Shown one piece after another: positions 57,761-64,000 of a stretch of DNA of 64,000 nt. Origin of the DNA: an uncultured Candidatus Poseidoniales archaeon (GTDB lineage: Archaea; Thermoplasmatota; Poseidoniia; Poseidoniales; CAYMED01); the NCBI GenBank assembly GCA_964389655.1, contig CAYMED010000001.1:39770-103769 (forward strand), in the 5' to 3' direction. The position numbers were made by a program, and so were the translations under genes. Position 1 is the stretch's first letter; each line of letters opens with the position of its first letter. The notes under the pieces are model-generated. The model was not told the origin of the DNA and did not search any database. It saw nothing but the letters and a program-made list of their open reading frames with translations.

Positions 57761-58240
57761 TCAACCCGTCGCTCTTTTCCTATTTTCACGATCAATAAGG
57801 TGTGTCCGAATTTCGTCTGCTTCTTCCCACAAATTTCTTTCTTCAGTGTTGGTGGGTTCAAAAGAAGGAATGGGAATGGGTCTCATTGCAGCATCAATGG
57901 CTACCATAAAAAAGAAGCCGCTACAAATAATATCGTATTCCCAATCCACCTTCCCCATCCGTTGAGCAATAACATGGCACCCGGCGGTATGGGTTGATGT
58001 ATACACTATTTTTGCCTTGATTTCGATAAGATCTCCTTGTGTTGCAGGCCTTCTGAATTTCAGCCCATCAATTGAAATTGTTACAAACTCACGATGCGCA
58101 AATTTTGAGGATACAATTCCTGCTGCTTTGTCCATTAAAGAGAGGAGTCTCCCCCCAAATAGTGTGCCATAAGAGTTAGTGTCTTGGGGAAATACTTCTT
58201 CGATCAAAGTTACTGGCTCCGTGGAATATGGCTTTTCCAT
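57761..58240 (-). CDS. Acyl-CoA thioesterase (hotdog fold, YciA-like)
   Basis: VFPQDTNSYGTLFGG..LMDKAA, VTISID, F..P..GD, FMVAID. Confidence 0.92.
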   Translation of the reverse strand: MEKPYSTEPVTLIEEVFPQDTNSYGTLFGGRLLSLMDKAAGIVSSKFAHREFVTISIDGLKFRRPATQGDLIEIKAKIVYTSTHTAGCHVIAQRMGKVDWEYDIICSGFFFMVAIDAAMRPIPIPSFEPTNTEERNLWEEADEIRTHLIDRENRKRATG

Positions 58241-58340
58241 GGGATTCGGCAGTAGGGGGTTGGGGATGAAATTCACGGACGCCTGATCATGGATATTTTA
58301 TACAGCGCCGGCAGGTGGAATCAATGATTGAAGGGTTCTT

Positions 58341-61300
58341 ATGCATCGGTCACGCACTGTTAGCCTGCTTGTCGTACTTCTATTAGTTCCCAGTCTTGCT
58401 TCAGCAGCACTGATTCAGAACTTCGCTAATAGCAGTAGTGAAGCGACAGCCATCATGACGCCAGATGTCATGAATCCTCTAGAAAACCTTCGAGATTCTA
58501 CTTCCGCTCAAATCGAACTTTCTGTAGGTGAAACGGTTGTTTCAGCATCGGCGAACATTAGTTCCTCTTTTGCCCTTTCTAATGGTGTAGAGGCTTACAA
58601 CTATGAGACCGTGTCCGATGGAAAGCCGTGGGGCCAACCTTCGATAGATGTTTATGCATCCACATTGGGCGACACAGCAGACCCCTCAACTCTAGTAACG
58701 TCAGAAAACCCAGACCTTCGCCTAGCAGGAGAAGGTTGGAGTTCAGATTTTGAGGGTTCAGATGAGGGTTTCAGTGATCAGACAGATCAAGGCCCTTTCA
58801 CTTCTATAACAGGTTGGTCTCATGATTCGGTTCAGCCTACGATGTACCGATACCGATCGAACAATGCGCTCAATGACTACTCTTTTGGATCTCTTGCCTC
58901 GGGTTGCAAATCTGGCGATGACTGTTTTGGCACTTATTTTCGGGATGATTACTATCCTAATGATGGTTCAAACAATCAGTTTACTTACACAATGGAATCT
59001 CCAATCCTTGAAATGCCAAATACACAGAAAGAGCTATCTTTCCAAAGTTTCCATGCGCTTCTCACTAGGAACGGAGGGCAGATACGGCATGATTGTGCAT
59101 ATGTAGAGTATGTTGCTTCAAATAATGTGGACAACCTTGCTTCACTTTCATGGAAAACTCTATCCATCAATGAAACTTTATCGAATGGTGAAATTGTTGC
59201 CACAATCGTCAATTCACAGGTCATTGATCCAACCAAGGTCCCAAACACAGAATGTGCTGCTGAAGTAGGGAGCAAGGTATTGGTCGGTCGCAGTGAGGTT
59301 TCAGGAAATCCAAGCGGTTGGGCTGAAATTGTTTACGATTTACAGGGAAATATCACTGAGAAATTTGTTAAATTCAGATTTATCATGGAATTCCAGGGAG
59401 TTCAGTCAGGATATGATAATGGATCACTTCCTGGCTGGTATATTGATGATTTGCGATTGGGTGGTGAAAAGCCACAACGTGCTCATCTTCTAACCCCTCA
59501 ATTTGAGCCACAAAATTTCGGTGCGGCTGTAGGGCACGGGATTCTCAGTATTGATGCCAATGTCCCCCCAAGTGCGGGTCTAACAATCGATATCTTGAGC
59601 CCTTCGACAGGGTTGGTGGTGAATGATAGTTCAGGTATACCAATGCAAGGCCTCCAAGCCCCATTGATTGATTTATTCAGTATAGATGCGACAGATCATC
59701 CACAAATACGCGTTCGAATGAATCTTGATTCAGGTTCTTCAAGAATGCGAAGCCCATCAGTCCATGGCATGTCACTTGGACATCGAATTGGAACATCATT
59801 CAATCAAACCACTGATATCTCTTTCAGCCCAGGTGCTGAGAATATTGAAGATGGTGCCTGGAATGTTACCAGCAATGGGTCGGGATTTACCTATTCACCC
59901 CGATGGAGCAACTCGGTGAGTGTTTCTTCTGCGCGCTTAAGTCACCCTATTCAAGCATTAACTCCTATGTTGGTTCACAATTGCTCGACAGAGCCGTGGG
60001 TCAACATTACCTCCATCAATGGTGAGATATTCACAGGTAGGGCACCAAATAAGATCCCACTTAATGCAAGTACTGGAATTTCCATTAATGTTGAGTGGGA
60101 TAATTTAGCAGGGTGGTGCCATGTCCAATCTGCATGGTTTGATCTTGATGTAGGTATAGCAGCAACTGGAATTTCTATTGATGTTGGGGGCGACGGAGAT
60201 GTTGAATGGAGACATCAGGCGTCGGGACTTGGAGCATGGGGGAGACAAAACTCATTTTTGCAGGCCGTATTTTCAGGGGAGCCAATGGGTTCTCCTTCTC
60301 TGAACATTAGCGTAGCATCTTCGGGACAAAACCGTGGAAATGGCTCTGGTGCTCCGTTTTTGCTACCAGCCGGGTCCTCAATCGATATGGCGGAGGTTGG
60401 TTTCGACTTAGCAGATATCGGTGATTTTGAATTATTCCTTTTTGCACAGGTGGAAGTACCAACCGGTATGTCGCCTTTGATCCACGAAGTCCATCTTGCC
60501 AATATTTCATCGACGAAGTCATCCTCTCTTCCATCCTTAGGTGACTCAATATCGTCATTTTCCCCCGAATTGAATGAAGTAATGGATAACCTTTCACAAG
60601 AGCCATATATTTCTGACTCAAATGGAAACCATTGGGTTAGGATATGGTTTGGAGTGCGAAATGCAAGTGATCCAAGCACTGGTGCCGGAGTTTTGAGGAT
60701 GCGTGATTTAGATGTGATTTGGGACATGTCCATGCCTCTTGACGATGATCATGGCTTAACGCGTGAATTGAATCAAGGGGCATCTCTTGCTACACCATCA
60801 GGAGGTAAGGTACTCGTCCCGTTCGTAGTTACTTCTACTGCTGCCGGTGCTCTGAGGTTCACAAACTTATCTATTTCGACCACAACTGGATTAAGCACAA
60901 GTATTGATGTCCTAGGATTTGAAGGCCTATATCCAACTGGCGAAATTTATACCATCCGTACTTCACATGGAATTGGACCTTCAACAACTCTTCTTGGTGC
61001 ACGCCTCCTCTTTGAATCACAGACGGGTGATGTATCTGTTCGTTATGATTCTTCAATATCTGACTGGATTGAAGAGGATCCTCTCGATTTGATTCTTTTT
61101 GAGAAATCAGAGAGTTCTGTTGTTGAGACAGCTGGTGGTATGACTATGCGCTGGGCTTTCAGAATGAATACAGTATGGGAGGACACTCCTGAAGTTCGAA
61201 TCTACGCATCAACGCTTGCCAATCCCGGTTCCGGAATGGTTGAAGGGATTCCTGGTGCACGCCTCCTTGATCCAGCGCAGGGTGATGCGATTGAGAACGA

Positions 61301-64000
61301 TGCAAGAATCTCTGATTTCAAGATATTTAATACTGCAGATGTTGAACAGAGTGACCTCACGATGGTTATGACAACTCCATCAATAACGATAGAAGCCGAC
61401 CTGCGGTTGGAAGATCTCCCTGTATCCCCCGACCCACAATTGTATAACCTAGTTGTTGAGCGGCAATCAGAATCAAATCATTCAAATTACATCTCTGAAG
61501 CAGCCTGTAACCCGGCAACAGGGGATGGTGGGTGTATCTACAGTGATGGGCACGTGAGCTGGCCGATTACACTCTCATCATCTCTTATGTCGACTTATCG
61601 TTTCCGCATTGCTTCCTACATAGGTGGTGACATCTTACAAGTTCCAGTATCATTTCGTCCATCTGCCCTTTTAGATCCTGTAAATGATACAGCAGTCTAT
61701 TTCCGTGCAAATGTATCTACAAGCGTGAGTGCACCTAAACTTCAGTCCATTGATGTATCTAAGGATGGTACAATTTGGAGAGGCCTAGAATTAGGTGCTG
61801 ACACTTGGATCATGCCTAACTTTGACAGAACACTTGGTGGCAACTTTGTCCCAGGAACTCCAGATATATTCCGGTTTGAAGTTCAAGATGACAAGCGAAC
61901 TCTGACGAGCATTATGGGGCATTATTGGATCGAGGCTTTACATGATGGCTCGACAAACCTGTCTCTACTTGACGGGATGGCGCAGCCCGAAGAATATGTT
62001 TCTGTACCATTGGCCCTCACTTCACCAGCGAATAATGTTTCAAAGACATTCACCCTTTCCATACCGGATCAAAAACCAGAATATCGTGACAACAACATCT
62101 CATTGTATATTTCAGGGACCGATGCCTTTGGAAATATTCTCAGCACAGATGGTGAGGATCTTGTAGATGCTGGCGGGCCAGGATTTGATCAAGATTTGAT
62201 CACATACAAGGCCATGCAGAGTGAATCCCCTCGTGCATTTACAATGAAAATTGAAGATTCAGAAGGCCGTCAGTTTACTGCAGATGATACCTACCGAGTG
62301 ATGTATGCTGGAAATGTCTACCAACTTTGCCTTGTGGGAGAAGATCTCAATGGATGGACTGACTTGGACGAAGTCGTCTTTGATGTTATTTCGCCTGGGT
62401 CAGCAAATTCAGCAGGTGGTGGCATCATTAAGGTAACTTATCAGCCCAACAACAGAAGTTCAGAATTTGCACAAGGTGCATTCAGTTCTGAAATATCCAC
62501 ATTCTTATCCAATGGTCTTTCCATTCCTCTTGCGGAAATTATCGGGGAAGTAAGCATATCGAGGCCAAATGGGGACAAAATTCAGTCCTCTTTTGAAACC
62601 GACTTCCGAATTTGTTTCCACTTACGGTTGGCCTGGGATGCACCAATTGATCGAAGCACAGTAATTGGCAGTGAAGTGATTGTTTCTGATAAATCAGGAA
62701 GCACAACTGTGATTATCCCTCAACTTGACCCTCAGATATATTATCTTCAAGAATGGGGCTATTCTAGTGGGCTGAAATTGGTAGACCTTTCAGTTCACCA
62801 TATCGACGGTGAAGAGGATATTCAAGGATCATGGATTTTTACTGGAGAGCAATTGGTAGTTAGTGGTCATTATGTATTCATAGATGCCATAGGAAATCCC
62901 ACTGATGTATCTCCTGAAGTTGAATTGACTTTATTGCTGAAGCGAAACCGGGTCTCTAATGATCAAACGAGAGGATGGTTATCAGCACCAGAGGCCTATG
63001 ATTGTTTAAACACAACAAATGGTCAGTTTAATCTCAGTTTTCAATCACCATTGCAAACTCAGGAATTTGAGTATGAAATAATGATTGCTGAATGGGTGCC
63101 TAGTTCTAGATGTGATGATGCTCAAGGTGTCATCCCAGTACGTAGTCTACGGGACAAAACAATTGATCAAGCCCGAATTTTTGAGGTTAAAACAGATAAT
63201 AACCGTCCTGAATTGATTGAGATGTCTACTATGTCTGAAACATCATCCGGATCTGGAATTCTTGCTACAGTGAATCTAGAATGTTTTGACATACGCACCC
63301 TCATAGAAGATAATGAGGCACCATTGGCCCCAAACCTTCCAGACCATTCAGCGTATACTCTCAATTGGGTATACTTTGATGGTAATGATGTTTGGTCAAA
63401 GAACCCTACTCTATGGTCTGCACCTCTTGATCATTTTGAAAGAACAGCTGATGGTTTTCTTACTACAATGACATGCATTGACCTATGGGAACCTCTAACA
63501 CGCATTCCTGATGATATTGTAGGTGTTCGGCTGCACATATGGATCTCTGGAGAAGACCCAGCAGGTAACCTCATCAAATCAGGAGGAAGCGCAACAGCAC
63601 CTCGCATGTCCTTTGACCTTGCTTATCAACAACCAGAATTTGATGTGATATTTGCAGATTTATCAGTTCAGACACCAGTTGTTGACGAGAGCTTTGAAGT
63701 CATTCTTAGAATCAAGAATATTGGTACAGGTAAAGGCAACCTCTCATACTCTCTTTGGCTGATTGAGGCAGAGAGGGACACCCTGATTGCCAATGGAACT
63801 TGGGGTGACGGCTTAGAGCCAAATGGAGATGCACAAAATCTCCGCATAACCGTTCCCGGAATTCAGTTTGAGCAGACCGGATATGTCATTGAGTTTATGG
63901 ATGAATCAGTCAATCAATCGCTCTGGAATACAACTTTCAATGTAGTTCCAGACTCCACTTCATCATCAGGTGGTGTATTTGGTGGAGCATTAACTGGTGA
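58341..64000 (+). CDS. Giant secreted/surface protein (>1880 aa), truncated by the window edge
   Basis: ATG 58341 gives a signal peptide MHRSRTVSLLVVLLLVPSLASA. The same frame reads LPGWYIDDLRL at about 59430 and DSTSSSGGVFGG at the window end. No ORF in this frame is listed in the track, which is consistent with no in-frame stop. A CARDB-like segment lies near 63630-63950. Confidence 0.85.
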   Translation, partial: MHRSRTVSLLVVLLLVPSLASAALIQNFANSSSEATAIMTPDVMNPLENLRDSTSAQIELSVGETVVSASANISSSFALSNGVEAYNYETVSDGKPWGQPSIDVYASTLGDTADPSTLVTSENPDLRLAGEGWSSDFEGSDEGFSDQTDQGPFTSITGWSHDSVQPTMYRYRSNNALNDYSFGSLASGCKSGDDCFGTYFRDDYYPNDGSNNQFTYTMESPILEMPNTQKELSFQSFHALLTRNGGQIRHDCAYVEYVASNNVDNLASLSWKTLSINETLSNGEIVATIVNSQVIDPTKVPNTECAAEVGSKVLVGRSEVSGNPSGWAEIVYDLQGNITEKFVKFRFIMEFQGVQSGYDNGSLPGWYIDDLRLGGEKPQRAHLLTPQFEPQNFGAAVGHGILSIDANVPPSAGLTIDILSPSTGLVVNDSSGIPMQGLQAPLIDLFSIDATDHPQIRVRMNLDSGSSRMRSPSVHGMSLGHRIGTSFNQTTDISFSPGAENIEDGAWNVTSNGSGFTYSPRWSNSVSVSSARLSHPIQALTPMLVHNCSTEPWVNITSINGEIFTGRAPNKIPLNASTGISINVEWDNLAGWCHVQSAWFDLDVGIAATGISIDVGGDGDVEWRHQASGLGAWGRQNSFLQAVFSGEPMGSPSLNISVASSGQNRGNGSGAPFLLPAGSSIDMAEVGFDLADIGDFELFLFAQVEVPTGMSPLIHEVHLANISSTKSSSLPSLGDSISSFSPELNEVMDNLSQEPYISDSNGNHWVRIWFGVRNASDPSTGAGVLRMRDLDVIWDMSMPLDDDHGLTRELNQGASLATPSGGKVLVPFVVTSTAAGALRFTNLSISTTTGLSTSIDVLGFEGLYPTGEIYTIRTSHGIGPSTTLLGARLLFESQTGDVSVRYDSSISDWIEEDPLDLILFEKSESSVVETAGGMTMRWAFRMNTVWEDTPEVRIYASTLANPGSGMVEGIPGARLLDPAQGDAIENDARISDFKIFNTADVEQSDLTMVMTTPSITIEADLRLEDLPVSPDPQLYNLVVERQSESNHSNYISEAACNPATGDGGCIYSDGHVSWPITLSSSLMSTYRFRIASYIGGDILQVPVSFRPSALLDPVNDTAVYFRANVSTSVSAPKLQSIDVSKDGTIWRGLELGADTWIMPNFDRTLGGNFVPGTPDIFRFEVQDDKRTLTSIMGHYWIEALHDGSTNLSLLDGMAQPEEYVSVPLALTSPANNVSKTFTLSIPDQKPEYRDNNISLYISGTDAFGNILSTDGEDLVDAGGPGFDQDLITYKAMQSESPRAFTMKIEDSEGRQFTADDTYRVMYAGNVYQLCLVGEDLNGWTDLDEVVFDVISPGSANSAGGGIIKVTYQPNNRSSEFAQGAFSSEISTFLSNGLSIPLAEIIGEVSISRPNGDKIQSSFETDFRICFHLRLAWDAPIDRSTVIGSEVIVSDKSGSTTVIIPQLDPQIYYLQEWGYSSGLKLVDLSVHHIDGEEDIQGSWIFTGEQLVVSGHYVFIDAIGNPTDVSPEVELTLLLKRNRVSNDQTRGWLSAPEAYDCLNTTNGQFNLSFQSPLQTQEFEYEIMIAEWVPSSRCDDAQGVIPVRSLRDKTIDQARIFEVKTDNNRPELIEMSTMSETSSGSGILATVNLECFDIRTLIEDNEAPLAPNLPDHSAYTLNWVYFDGNDVWSKNPTLWSAPLDHFERTADGFLTTMTCIDLWEPLTRIPDDIVGVRLHIWISGEDPAGNLIKSGGSATAPRMSFDLAYQQPEFDVIFADLSVQTPVVDESFEVILRIKNIGTGKGNLSYSLWLIEAERDTLIANGTWGDGLEPNGDAQNLRITVPGIQFEQTGYVIEFMDESVNQSLWNTTFNVVPDSTSSSGGVFGGALTG

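Noticed and set aside
58822-63364. Short ORFs listed in the track in the last 5.5 kb
   Set aside because: They are shadow ORFs of the giant + strand gene starting at 58341.
1-64000. CRISPR arrays, transposases, integrases, prophage or defence islands; numerous 60-185 aa antisense ORFs
   Set aside because: No spaced repeats or mobile-element motifs were seen, the tRNA flanks carry housekeeping genes, and the antisense ORFs overlap well-supported genes.

Overview
This is a gene-dense archaeal chromosomal segment with no recognisable mobile element, CRISPR array or rRNA. Archaeal markers include Orc1/Cdc6, Alba, Bud32, deoxyhypusine synthase, a PPAT-DUF359 fusion, DUF63, DUF3860 and a Tad/FlaI-type pilus locus. 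Their co-occurrence with bacterial-type uvrB, glpX and liu genes points, by inference, to marine Thermoplasmatota (Poseidoniia, Marine Group II/III). The window holds about 56 CDS and two tRNAs (Ile-GAT, Gly-GCC). Main loci: a leucine catabolism cluster, a type IV pilus operon, gluconeogenesis and Moco genes, and a >1880-aa secreted protein that runs off the right edge and is missing from the ORF track. The most notable candidate is an archaeal aerobic aryl-CoA epoxidation (box-like) cluster at 33.3-40.2 kb. It contains a shortened BoxB diiron epoxidase, a half-size single-domain BoxC, an ALDH, a PaaG-like crotonase, a PaaH-like dehydrogenase and a transporter, but no BoxA; a flavodoxin-less CysJ-like reductase 11 kb away is a possible substitute. 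Other oddities are a cysteine-free Mrp/Nbp35 whose CxxC is replaced by a beta-rich insert, a consensus-like ORB origin box inside a coding region 5 kb from cdc6, and a uvrB frameshift in G-runs. All family calls come from motif recognition by eye; no searches were run.
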